This document shows positions 37,601 to 50,782 of a DNA stretch of 64,000 nt, in pieces. The stretch lies in assembly GCF_006345805.1 (NCBI RefSeq), contig NC_042998.1, forward strand, positions 55,242,001-55,306,000, in the 5' to 3' direction. The notes beneath the pieces are model-generated. The model saw nothing but the letters and a program-made list of their open reading frames with translations, was not told where the DNA came from and did no database searches. The position numbers were made by a program, and so were the translations under genes. Each line of letters begins with the position of its first letter. Within the stretch, counting starts at the first letter, position 1. The DNA comes from Octopus sinensis. Its lineage: Eukaryota.

Positions 37601-39036
37601 ATAAGAGAGAAAAAGAAACGAAACATCAACTGCTCTGATTTTAATTTATCTACTAGAATTTTCCTGTCGCAGAAAAGCAATGCATTAATGCAATTTTAGA
37701 TTTGCATAATACATTATTACATATAAATTAAATACTTTGCTTTCATTTTTCACTTACAAATCTTATGGTCATTCATTTTTATTTCATAATTAATCTTCTT
37801 TAAAAACACTCACTCGAACTTTTCATTAAAAGTCATCCATACTTTCAAACTGTATCATGCTGCACTATCATGTAAACGCTCACCGTTCACTTTCAGTCAT
37901 TCACTTTCACTATATCAGTGTCTAATGTTGATTGTTCGCGATAAGTTTCCAGATTTAATTTCACTTTGTGAACATAAAACGAAAGAATACCAATTAGTAC
38001 TGTTCCCAAAGTGATTGGCAATATTCTGAAATGTATAGTTGGTTAGCAAGAGAACCTGAAAAGTTTGGTTAAAGTTAACACATTACATGTTGCTTATTAA
38101 CATAACGCGTTGATTTTATACTTCAGAGGATATTGCGGGATAAAAAAAATCGACATTTTTTATCTGTCCATCTAAAAGTTATTAGGTATTTGTAAATCAT
38201 GTGTTTTTAACTGAGAGATCCGTTATATTGGGCTGGATTAATTAAGAAAAGAAATATAAGTTAAAGCATCGGCGACCGATTGATTAAGAGAAAGCAGACG
38301 ACATCCGTTTTAGTTGGCGCGAACGATATCCGGAGTTCACATGAGGTATTCATACTGGTCGCCGACACATGATACATTGAAAACAACAGCCCGGACACAC
38401 ATGGACAGTAAAAAACTATAAACATATATTTCACAAAATATCTAAAAAAAGTATCTAAAAAATGAATAAATAAAAGGAGTGGAATGAAATCTGGTAATGA
38501 AATTACCCGTATATTTTTTATTGGTTATATATTACTGCGTACAATCATAACATTTAACACGTATTTTATCTAGTGTATTTGGACATACAATAAAATATCA
38601 CCATCTAGTTCAAACAGTTGCAAAACTTCACACCAGAAAGCTGTTCCTTCTGTTTTCTCTGCAGACACTTGTTAGCTTGTCAACATGAACCTCACCAATC
38701 TGGATTGGTCAGCTTAAGGTCATGGGCAATGCCTCTCCTACACTCACACACACATAAACTTATCCACAGTTTCAATGTTTCATGATCTTCTTAGTACATT
38801 ATTCTATATATATCTTACATTCTGTTATATTCCAGATATAATTTTTTTTTCTGGGTACCCAGTTCATTAGCTTTTCAATTATGATACTTTCATTTAAAAA
38901 CTCAATCTTTATCCTCTCGCTTTGTCACTCAGTAACTTTATTTTTATCTTACATTTACACTCACACTCTGTCTGTCTGTTTGTCTATCTTTCTTCTCTCT
39001 GTCTGTATTTCTCTCTCTTTCTTTCTTTCTCCCCAC

Positions 39037-39071
<35 letters not shown>

Positions 39072-39141
39072 TCTTTTTGACTCAAGACATCTCGAAACAC
39101 TACAAGAAACTATCAGAGACAATAACCATTATATGTATATA

Positions 39142-39523
39142 CGAGCAAAACGCCCCCCCCCGTCCAATGGACGGTGCTGAGTTGTCAAACATTTAAACCA
39201 AATTTTCTCAAAACAACTTGTCCGACCGTCCCATAGGCCTCCCCTTTGAGAAACACTAATTTAACCTAAATTTGAGACACCAGCAAAAGAAGAAATAAAG
39301 ATAGACTTTTTTCTATTCCAAGAAAAACAATTTTATAAATACACGTTCCCACGGCTTTATCAATCACATTCTCACCTTGAATCGATTTTTGTAATTTTTT
39401 CAAGACTTATACACGCCCTGATACCATCGGTAGCTACATGTCAAATTTGAGCACAATCGGGCGGATGCCCGAGATCCTAGAAGACACACACACAGACAGA
39501 CAGAATGGATTTTATATAATAGA
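39142..39523 (-). mobile_element. Helitron-like non-autonomous element
   Basis: 5' A|TCTATTATATAAAATCCATTCTGTCTGTCTG; perfect 7-bp hairpin ccgtcca-a-tggacgg (39160-39174); 3' end CTCG|T. Homologous to 8944-9298. Confidence 0.7.
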
Positions 39524-41695
39524 TATGTTTATATTCAAAATCACTATACTACTGTAAAACTCCACGTATATACTACGCATATTTTTACTCCCAAATCAAG
39601 ATTAAAATTATAAAATCTTGTTATAAAAGATATTAGACAGAAAGGTTGTTCGCCACCCATTTTTTGTTAATAAAATCATAATGTAATAAAGAATGACTAA
39701 TTTTTAGATTATTTTCTATCAGTTAAATTATATAAGGGAAATATTAAAAACTAATATATTGAATTATAGTAGATTATCTACACTTCTAGCTGTTGTTCAG
39801 CACTACGTATAATACATGGTATTACGAGATTTTAAAGAAATTTTGACTCCAAAATCGAGATGCGTAAATGGTAGTGTATTATATACATGGACCTTTACGG
39901 TAATTTTTTTTTATTCGATCAGTATTGGTAAACTTCTACTAGATATTTGATAATATTAACAACGTACCTGAAGCATATCTCAAGGTTTTATGGACAGAAT
40001 TGATGTTGAAGTCCATGTGATGCATTGTACTTGTTCTTGGGTTGTAGACTTTGGATACTTTTAGCGGAATCTGCTACACTCGTATTCGGATCAAGTTTTA
40101 ATTCTAAGGATAGATATGATAGTTTGATATACTTCTTCCTATTACTGAGTCGTGGTTTCTTCTCCATTTGACTTAGAGGTATATAGAAGTTCTTGGACGT
40201 TGCCAGGAAACTGTTGTATGTCTTTAATCTGGCAGCCGTTATTTACCTATACTAATAGGATAAGTTATTCTTCTAGCTTGGTGATAAACAATGTAACAGC
40301 GTGTGTCTATTAACTGTATTATGTACTCGAAGTTTAGAAACAAAATTCATGTTGCACTACACTTGGTAATAACATAAGAATTAATTTTATAGCATTTCTT
40401 TGTACAGTTAGATTTTGATAGATCATTTTATAACTATATTTACCGCCAGTATTTTACTATAAACTGTGATTTCCGATGTTAGTCACAGGGTCAACAATCT
40501 CGGAGTGCGGGTTTAGTCTATACTATATACATCTGTACCTGATTCGTATCTAATTTTATCCACCTCGTATAGATGAAAGGTAAAGTTGATTCGGTGAATG
40601 TAAAAAAAAAAAAAATTAATGTGTGCAAATATCACAAGACATTTTGTCCGACACGCTAAGCCTTCTACAAGCTCATCACCTTCTAAATTGTAAGCTTTAT
40701 ATACACTAATTTGAGACAGAAAAGAAAATCACTTCTTACGAAGGGTTACAAAGTTGTAGACTTAATCCGCCACCCGGTTTAACACCACTACCTGGTCAGA
40801 AAGAAAGTCAGTGGTCCTGCCCTTCCCCCTGTAGCTAAGTATAAAAAATAAAAATAAAATCTAAAAAGCTCTATGCAGTAAAAATCAGTAATGCGATAGA
40901 TATTAGGTTCGAGTGCAGCTTGAGTGACTGTTCCTTTTTTCTTATTGAAAATGATGATTATAATGTGGAATATAATTACTTCAGAAATAAAATTCTTTTA
41001 AATCTTCTACGGAAGTGTTTTACTTCTATTACACGTTGTAAAATGAACATTTTGTGAGACATTTGTATGTATAATTCATAATTTAGTTTCCTGCCCTGCT
41101 TTTACATCATTTTCTTATCCCCACCTCCATCCCTTGGGGGTCTTCGTAATTTCTTAAATAACCTCATTCACGAAAATGTCGACAGCATTCACATCATTTA
41201 TAATCTCACAGAACACACACACACACAGACACACACATACACACACACGGGCGAGCGCACTCAAAATCTCGACAATGATTTGGATCCGTATCAAACTTGT
41301 CTCGAAACATCAGATTCACATGTACACTTTCTGCTGCTTGACTTTGTATTACAGGTCAGCTCTGAGAAACACAGAAAATTGCTAATTTCCTTTCGAAACA
41401 GTCCATTTTGTTCTGTATTTATTACGCATACTAAGTTACATCGACTCGAATAAGAAGAAGCAGGTCACATGAAGAATCTAAGCGAAAGGGGAACAGAAAG
41501 AGGATTTGAGAAATCGGGACAAGATAAAATGATTACAAGAATGATAGAAATTTATGAACGTGAAGTGCGAGTATGTAATTCTTCTAAATTAAATTCTACA
41601 AATTGATAAATATTATAACAGGGAATAAATAAATCTTTAAAACCTGAATCAGTCTAGAAATTGGCAACATTAAAGAGAACATTTCAATAGGCGTA

Positions 41696-41930
41696 GGAGT
41701 GGCTGTGTAGTAAGTAGCTTGCTTACCAACCACATGGTCATGGGCTCAGTCCCACTGCGTAGCACCTTGGGCAAGTGTCTTCTACTATAGCCTCGAGACG
41801 ACCAAAGCCTTGTGAGTGGATTTTGTGAACGGAAACTGAAAAGAATCCCATCGTATGTGTATGTGTGTGTATGTGTGTGTGTGCGTGTGTGTGCGTGTGT
41901 GTGTGTGCGTGTTGGGAGACAAATACCGGT
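41696..41930 (+). mobile_element. SINE family A, 3'-truncated
   Basis: Head + CORE + (TG)n, ending shortly after the microsatellite. Confidence 0.88.
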
Positions 41931-42199
41931 GCAAAGACACACACACACATTATACCTACGTCTTTCATTTTCTCTTTGAAAGACACTATATTTCCAGGTT
42001 TTGTGTTGTTTTGTATTTCGCTGTTACTGTAATTTTTACACTGATCTTCTCGTGTTATTATTATTTGATGTTTATGGTTACGTATATATCCTTCCTCTGC
42101 GCTGTGGCTCTCAATCATATTTTATCTATTGCTCCCTATTCTGATGGATTTATATATCCATTACTTGTTTATAGATGTTTCTTTCAAAATTACTATTTT

Positions 42200-42408
42200 G
42201 TTAATCACACATCCACTTGTATAAGCTGTACTATGTAAAACAGCAGAGAAAAGAAGCCTAGCTGTTTCTTGCCATAAATACATCTAAAGCAAAATATTTT
42301 CATGGACCCATAAAATACTACTGTGAATTTCCAATTTACTATTTTGTGAACCCCCAAAATCTTATATGGGCCATAAGGGGTTATATGGACCCCAGCGGAG
42401 AACCACTG
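42200..42408 (-). mobile_element. hAT-type MITE, partial copy of the 29587-29940 family
   Basis: Minus strand begins CAGTGGTTCTCCGCTGGGGTCCAT and shares caaaatagtaaattgg and gcaagaaacagctagg. Confidence 0.8.
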
Positions 42409-42604
42409 CTCTACGGGCTTCAATAAAAACTATTGACACCACTGGGTCGCATAATTCTGTCAGCAGGTATCGAAATTGCATGCACATCCAGTCGATCATT
42501 GACATCTGTTTGTTTTTCGCTGTTTGAATTTTACCTCTAGTGTTTCCTATACGCTAATATTCCGTTTCTGTGTTCCCAATACACGCAAGCATACACACAT
42601 GCAT

Positions 42605-42674
42605 GAAGAAGAAGAAGAAGAAGAAGAAGAAGAAGAAGAAGAAGAAGAAGAAGAAGAAGAAGAAGAAGAAGAAG
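42605..42674. repeat. (GAA)n microsatellite
   Basis: Direct reading. Confidence 0.98.
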
Positions 42675-42869
42675 ATTGACGCCAGTACCGTTTCATTTTT
42701 TTCTTTATTATTTTCTTTTTCTTTTTTTGATCACTTGGTTCGTAAGGTATTATTATATCCAAAGCTCCAGAGAGTCTATCACTCACAAGACATTGGTCGG
42801 TAGAAAGGTGCCACGAAGTGAGAACCATGTGGTTGGAAAGCAAACTTCTTACCACGCAGCTACGCTTGC

Positions 42870-43020
42870 CCTTCTGTTTATTTTCTCGTGTTCCTTTCTG
42901 TTGAAGAGCGTTGGCTCGAAACGTAAAAGACTTTTTCACCTTCCCGAGCGTCAAACTAATACATCTGCTTGTTGTTTATACACCTATCTTTGTCTTTTGT
43001 TTTTCTGTAAATTTCAACTA
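42870..43020 (+). mobile_element. Penelope-like tail fragment with a minimal hammerhead-like motif (family of 12453-12664)
   Basis: CTTT CTGTTGA A GAGC GTTG GCTC GAA ACGT A AAAG at 42894-42929, then ttcccgagcgtcaaactaataca...tcttttgttt. Confidence 0.5.
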
Positions 43021-43337
43021 CAGACACACACACACACGCATGAAGGAGTGCTGAAAAGTTTCTGGCTTTGGGTAAAAGAAAATACAGGAGGATCAGTTAA
43101 TTATGATTCTATTCAACATAGTCCCCTCTTATTGCAGCTGTCGTTCACTTTTTCAAAGCCCTGTAAAAGAACTAGGAAGGTTGGGCCTCCAGCCAGACCT
43201 TTCGCGACACCCTTAAAGCCAGGAACCTTTCAGCCCCGCATCATATGTAATTGCGTGTGTGTGTGTTTGCGTGTATGTGTGCGTGCGCACGTATGTGTGT
43301 GTATGTATGTATGTATGTATGTATGTATGTATGTATG

Positions 43338-43367
<30 letters not shown>

Positions 43368-43368
<1 letters not shown>

Positions 43369-43604
43369 GGCCGAGAGCTGGTAGAAACGTTAGCACGCCG
43401 GGCGAAATGCGTTGCCGTATTTCGTCTGCCGTTACGTTCTGAGTTCAAATTCCGCCGAGGTCGACTTTGCCTTTCATCCCTTCGGTGTCGATAAACTAAG
43501 TACCAGTTACGCACTGGGGTCGATGTAATCGACTTAATCCGTTTGTCTGTCCTTGTTTGTTTGTTCCCTCTGTGTTTAGCGCCTTGTGGGTAGTAAAAAA
43601 ATAG
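43368..43604 (+). mobile_element. SINE family B, best-preserved copy, inserted in (ATGT)n
   Basis: Complete head-to-tail sequence, flanked on both sides by (GTAT)n. Confidence 0.93.
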
Positions 43605-44967
43605 TATGTATGTATGTATGTATGTATGTATGTATGTATGTATGTATGTATGTATGTATGCATGCATGTATGTCTTACTGTATGTCCTATCAGTGAAACA
43701 CATTTAACGTACTGTGAATATTACATTCCAAAAGTAATTTCTTGATATATTTACTCTATTCTGGTAGAGTAATACAGACGGATTTACACAAACTCTAAAA
43801 CTCGTCTGTTTAAATAATTTGAACAGAATGAATTAACAGCAACAACGCAACAATAACAACAACAAAAAACAAAAACAACAAAGACAAAAACAAGATAAAG
43901 AACATTAACAACAACAGCATGAACAACATCACGATCACCATCAACAACAATGTCGTCCCGCCGAAATACAACTAAACTGAACTGCTAGTAAGTACAACTA
44001 GTTGTGTATTATTGCCATATAGCTTATCAAATGTCATTCAGAAAGAAATAAGTACATTTGCGCTTAAAGTGATTCTATAGAAGAGAAATGCCAACACAAC
44101 TCTCAAACAGAACAAAGACAGCTGTCATATCATTGATTACAGAAGTGGAAAAGAAGAAAAAAAGATGAATAAAATAATAATAAAATACACGGCTTTCTGA
44201 GCTCTTAAGTACAGAGATCTGATGCCAGACAAAGAGCAACTAAAAACTCCAGTAAACTGCAAGGGTTCCAGAACAACAGCATCGAAATCTAAGCTTCATC
44301 CATGTTAGGTTTCATCTCGAGTCCTTTAGAATTTAACAGAGCTTCTGTTCGTATTTTATTTTATTTCATTTAATATTATCGCTTTTCATTTCTTCTTATA
44401 TCTTGCTTTTGTCTGTATCACTGTTTCTTTATCTTTATCTCTATCTTATCTGTACATATATTTTTTCTTCTCTTCGTTCTGTCGATTAAAAGCGTTCTTC
44501 CAGTTGATACTCAGCTATATGTGGTGCATTAAACCGACCACGCAAAATAAAACGAACTTCTGGAACATTAGTTCCTCGCTTGGCTTGTTAACTTCTTACA
44601 TCACGTGTCGGCCGATTTGTCAATTGATGAGTGAGTGATAAGCTTCGTTATTCTCTGTATGATACCTTATTGCTTGGTCAATTACGCGTTTTGTATACAT
44701 TTTACGTTGACGTGGACATACATGAACGCTTACGCACATATCTCTGTATGTACACACACACATGCATACACTGGCACACACACACATACATACACACAGT
44801 GTGTTTGTAAATATGTATGTATACATACGTACACATATACACACTGCAGCTTCGAATAAAATATTATATACACTTTACTTTGCGTATTAGGCACTTTTCT
44901 CTTGTTTGTAAGCATAAATGTTCATGCATTTATCCCTCCATCAATCCGTCCGTCTGTCCACCTGTGC

Positions 44968-45053
<86 letters not shown>

Positions 45054-46001
45054 TTTTCTATCTATTTATTTATCCTCTCTCGCTCCTTCCTTCTTTCTCA
45101 TTCTCTCTTGCTCTCTACATGCATATATACATACATACATACCTATAAGTGTGTGTGTAAGCGTGCGCGTGTGTGTATGCATGCGTGTATGTGCGTGTGT
45201 GTGTGTCTCTATATATGATGTCCGATATTTCTTTTAATGTACTTATGTGTGATATTTTATTTCTCACAGTATATATTCACATCTAACCAAGTGGAACACT
45301 CGCTTGGCCTACAGTTACCTTCGTCGCAAAAAGAAAAAAAATAAATGAAACAAACAAATGAAAGAAAAAGAAAGAAAAGAAAAACAGTTTTCGTGTAAGC
45401 CCATAGTCTGTCTACTAGATTTAGATGCAACGCAAGTGTATACCTACTTCGTCACCATCCTTCATTTTTAGGTTTATATCTTCCCAACAGTGGAATTCCT
45501 TGCCTCTATATATCACACCGACATTTATGTCTAATTTACTGATGTAGTTAGTTCATTATTTTATATCAGAATTAATGCCGCAAGGCCACACACAGCATGA
45601 AAAAATAGACAACACATCTACGCCTCTTTTAAAAGTATGCTTTGATAATATTTTCCCTCGTGTAGTTACGAACGTTATTAACCCTGTACAAAATATGTTG
45701 TATATGACTCATGTCTTCTCATACGGCTTTATTTATGAAACGAAATATATAAAACAAAAGCAGATACATATTCTTCTATTATTTTTCTTTTTTCTTTTTT
45801 TCTTATGTGTGCGTGTTTTTGCTTTGTTTTTGTTTTTTTTCTTCTTCCTCTCTTGGAGACCTCTTGTGGCGAGCAAATGATTTCGAATCCCTGTCTCCGC
45901 CTCTATAAGATACTCTATGCATAAACAAATAATGAATTTGATAGAGTTCATATATCAAGCTTTTATATACACACATTCATAAATATATTATACATACATA
46001 A

Positions 46002-46058
<57 letters not shown>

Positions 46059-46453
46059 TAAGGTATGTAGAAAAATACAACATGGACAAGAACGTATATA
46101 TATATATTTGTGTGTGTGTATGTGTGTGTGTGTGTGTGTCTGTGTCTGTGTGTGTCCGTGTGTGTCTGCCTGTGTGTGTAGTTAAGCTGTTCCAGTGAAG
46201 CCCTGTTAGGTCTGAATTTCTGAATTTCTAGCTTAGTTTGCAGAAACAGTTGACTTTTCGCATAATGACATATTTGCGGGGTGGGGCGGGGGACAAGTCT
46301 TAAATTTTAACTCTTGTTTGAATTTAAGACTTGTCATAGAGCTTAGTAGGATAACCGCTTAGCGGGATTTAACACGTTTATTACAATGTTAATAAATACG
46401 GACCTAAAAACTTGGTCTTCGCTGACAAAAATATAAATATTTTATTTGAGAGA

Positions 46454-46665
46454 AGGCAGCGAGATGGTAGCATCGTTCGTACGCCTGGCAAAACTCTTTG
46501 CCGCATTTCGCCCGTCTTTACGTTCTGGGTTCATATTCCGCCGAGGGTGACTTTGCCTTTTGTTCTTTCGAAGTCGATAAAATAAATACTAGTTGAGTAC
46601 TGGGGTCGATGTAATCGATTTATCCCTGAACTTGCTGGCCTTATGCCAAAATTTGAAACCAATAT
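46454..46665 (+). mobile_element. SINE family B
   Basis: Consensus motifs as in the other family B copies. Confidence 0.87.
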
Positions 46666-47199
46666 CTTATTTGAGAGTTTTATGTAATAAATTTTACACA
46701 GATTATTCCTCTGCTCGTGGGAGTTCATACAGAGTTCATATAATTGCTTACAGTGTGAGAGCGCTGAGAAGAGATGTGTATCAAAAATGTCATTACCATT
46801 TCGAATTTCTTCATGGAGAAATTTTCTTCATGACGAAACATAGTGAATGGCTTGTTTGAACGTGCAACTGACATATTCGAACCGGTAACAACATTGCATT
46901 CATATAATGGCATCACAGACCAACGAATGGCCCAAGATATATTTAGGAAATAGTCAGCCCACCCGCATAATACCCATCACTGTTTGGTGGTATAAATGGC
47001 TGCCGATAAGCCCGCAGATGTTATTGATAATTATTTTAAAAATCATTTTACCAGGAAGGAAGGAATTGCCCATGACCTGTTGCAGAGCCTCCGAAATTAG
47101 CGGGAAGGAAATAGGAAGGTATCCTTAAACTAGAAATCTGGCTTCAATGCTTGACACAGTGGAGTTTGTTAAAGGCACCCTTGGTGACAGGTGGGTATG

Positions 47200-47480
47200 T
47201 TAAACCGAACGACGTTATAAGTGTACCATATCACCCAAATAGGCAACAGCGGAATTTGAACTCAAAACGTAAAGAGCCGGAACAAATACTCCACAGCATC
47301 CTGTCCAACGTTCTTACAACCCCGCCAGTCCACCACCTTGGATTGCTACTTTTTAATGGACTCCGAAAAGATGAAAGGCAGATTTAACCTCGCCAGGATT
47401 TGAACTCTGTACACAAAGGACTGGAACAAGTGTCGCAAAGTATTTCGTCGGATGCTCTAACAACTCTTCCAATTCGTCGC
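47200..47480 (-). mobile_element. Two adjacent degenerate SINE family B fragments
   Basis: Two ggaatttgaactc / ggatttgaactc motifs with downstream homology. Confidence 0.65.
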
Positions 47481-47493
47481 ATATATTTGATAA

Positions 47494-48029
47494 CTAGATT
47501 AAAAGCCGCACTCTGTGCGAACATAGCTCCTGCAGAGGGCAAATTGGATCTGCAGCCCCAAAACTAAAGAGAGCTAAATAGCATAACTATAATACGTCTA
47601 TAATGACTATATTATGCCCTGGTGGCGTTTGATCAGAAGTTAATGACGGATCAGCATTAATTCTGTAATGCAATCATTCTATTGTTCCAGTCCCAAGTTA
47701 AGTTCCAACTGTCGACCAATTTGTCCCAAAGCTCTTATCTCGACGTAAAATTAACGAAGCAAATGTCATTTATCTCCCTTTTGATCTCTGACGTCAATTG
47801 ACAAACGCCGACCAAGGTGGCGTGAATCAACCAAGCACTACCTGCTAGAAATAGCAACCCAAGTGCTTTTAAATTAGACCCTAATGCTGGATGTTCAAGA
47901 ACCAAGGGGTAGATTTTCGATCCTGAGATCATTCTGATTCCAAATTGGTATAATATGTCTATGTAGAGCAAATATAGACTGAGACACAGGGGTCCCGGAC
48001 AGACAGAATTCCGCGTTTATTGTTATAGA
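47494..48029 (-). mobile_element. Non-autonomous Helitron with canonical termini
   Basis: 5' A|TCTATAACAATAAACGCGGAATTCTGTCTGTCC; 3' hairpin cgcac-aga-gtgcg followed 9 nt later by CTAG|T. Inserted between A and T with no TSD. Confidence 0.75.
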
Positions 48030-50238
48030 TGTTGTGGAGTTCACTATTTCAGGAGTATCCACTAGTGTTAAAATAGCAGAAGAATGTATAATACTGTTTC
48101 GTATTTATCTCTTGATTACACACCTATGCATGTCCCATTTTATGCGAAGAGTCATACCAGTTCAGAAGGTATCAATTTAGGTACAAACCTCGGACATCGA
48201 GAGGCAACTGAACCAGTTTTGCTCGATGATTCATGTGCAGCCGCCAATTATGCAAAATAGTGTTAATTTTTCTACGTCTGCGATCGCACGCCAGGCATGT
48301 CTCTCAACAAATGTTTGGACTCATTTTTGCTGCTTCTTTCTCAATGCATACTTTCGCCACAAAAAAACCAAATCGTCTATTCCTTTCAAGCAGGCAGTAC
48401 CACAAAGTTACCTCTGCAGAATATTACCGAATTAGTGTTTCTAAATCCGCTATTCCTAAGTAACTTCCAATAACTTAGATAGCCCTCTGCACAGAATTGG
48501 AAAAGCAGATGATTAAAGCATTCGTTATTTAATGTAAAGAATTAGAATATCACTGGAAGAGAGGGCGATAGATAGATAGATATAGATAGATAGATAGATA
48601 GATAGATAGATGATAGATAGATAGAGAGAGAGAGAGCAGTGGGAGAGGGAGGGAGAAGGAGAGAGAGGGATGGAGCTGGAGTTTAGTGTTAGATATAAGT
48701 GGTTTTGCGAAGAAAAGTTTACAAGTGAAGTTAGTAGAAGATTGAGAAGAGTGAAAAAAAAAAGGTTGAGAGATATTTCTGAATTAGAATTGAGTCAGTA
48801 ACTTTTTCAATGGAGTGAAAGCTGCTGCTGCAACATCACAAAAGGTAACAGAGTGAAAACACATTAAATGTGTGGTACTAAATGTCAGGTACTAAAGTGT
48901 TAGCAACGACGACGGTGGGGGAGAACTTTTAAATATGTTGAATGATATTTTGTATATGACTTGTAGTAATAATGGCTTCTTGTATGATAGTAGCACTCTG
49001 GATAAATGCAACGGTGCTGCAGTCATGTGAAGTTTTTAAAAGTTCTGGTGCTGACTGTTAAAACCATTCCACTTATGTCGCTTGTGTGAAAACCACCTTT
49101 ATCCTTTTCGACCCCTTTTTTCTTTTCAGTGACCACACTGTGTGTGCATGCGTGCGTGCATGTGCGTGCGTGCTTGTGTATGTGTGTGTGTTCGTGTGCG
49201 AACGTGTGTGTATGTATGTATGTATGTATGTATGTATGTATGTATGTATGTATGTATGTATGTATGTATATATGTATGTGTGCTGCGCGTGTCTGTGTGT
49301 GCGTGCATGTGTTTAATAATGGCCTCTCACTGGTAAAGAAGGTATAATGCAAGTAAAACTTCCTACAGAAATTGTACTTGCGTTATATCTTCCATCCCTC
49401 TCATACAGGAGTAATGCACAAATAAACTTCAAAGTCGCTTTTAGTGAGAAGCCTCATAATCTCTGATAGTTTTCTAACGGTAATCTCACATATATATCGC
49501 ATTACCAAAAGTATATTACAAACACTAAGTTGGATCTCTAGGATCAGGATATACTACAGATTTGATCAATTTTTGATTATTTACAAAACTCAGGTGTAAG
49601 CCACAGTGGAGTACAGCTCGCATGATAGCAATATATGTTGCGACACGCACACGCACGCACACACATATATGCACAATCACGCGCGCGCGCGCACGCTCTT
49701 CCATACATTAGTTTGCATTTAGAAGTAACGCTATACAACAGGGAACGGGGAACTTTTTTAACCAATTACCCCAAAATATATTTATTTACGCCAACGTTAC
49801 CCCCTTGATTCGAGAGATATAAAATCATAGATTCTTTGAATTTAAAATCTATTTAATTGAATCTAGTTATATGAATCTATTTACATGTTCATTACATTGG
49901 ACAGATGCAGTGTTGCCAGAAGAAAACTTTCTGTCGTAACAAGGAACAGGTTATGTATATAATTTTACTTATGTCTGATGAGTCCTCATAACCCACAAGA
50001 ATTTCAATTTTATCCCTTTTGGGGTAATTTATCTCGGTTCGCCGACCCCTGATATACAACATCACAGTCTTAGTCATCAGTGTCACAACCACTGATTCTA
50101 AGAAACACTGATTCTTCTCACGACTTATTTTACCATTACAACAACGGCTGTACTTCTATGAAATCATAAACTAAGTATCACTCAATGATGTATCTGTCTT
50201 TTCTCTCCTCATGCTTACTGTTATTCCAATATTCCATA

Positions 50239-50782
50239 TTGGGTTGTCCGGAAAGTACGTGCCGATTTATAGTAGCTTATATTTCGACTTATTTTAGAAC
50301 ATGGTTGAGTCTATAAAATAGGATTTTACTACACCCCCATTTAGAACACAGCTTAAGCTATCTTTTCGTGGAAGAAGATTTATGTTCCTATAACCTATGT
50401 TAATTCTGTAACCCTTTAAAATGGAAGATAAGAAAGTTCATTTTCGGCACTTGATGCTTTGGGAACCAGACAAAAATTGCTGCAGCTCGGTTGGGATATG
50501 TTACCCAACCGTTCATATTCACCAGATATTGCTCCTTCGGATTTCCACTTATTTAGGTCTCTGCAGAATAGTCTTAATGGTAAAAATGTCAATTCCTTGG
50601 ATGACGTAAAAAGATACCTTGATGAATTCTTTGCCATGAAACCACCTCAATTCTGGGAAGAGGGTATTTTCAAGTTGGAGACGCATTGTGCAACAAAATG
50701 GTTCATTAAAAATGTAATGGCAAGTATTTATTGACCTTTTTCTTTCCTATAAAAATCAGCACGAACTTTCCGGACAACTCAA
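50239..50782 (+). mobile_element. Internally deleted mariner (544 bp) with intact TIRs and TA TSD
   Basis: TIRs TTGGGTTGTCCGGAAAGTACGTGCCGATTT and TTGAGTTGTCCGGAAAGTTCGTGCTGATTT (27/30). N-terminal MEDKKVHFRHLMLWE is fused out of frame to C-terminal TRQKLLQLGW...YSPDIAPSDFHLFRSLQ. Confidence 0.93.
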
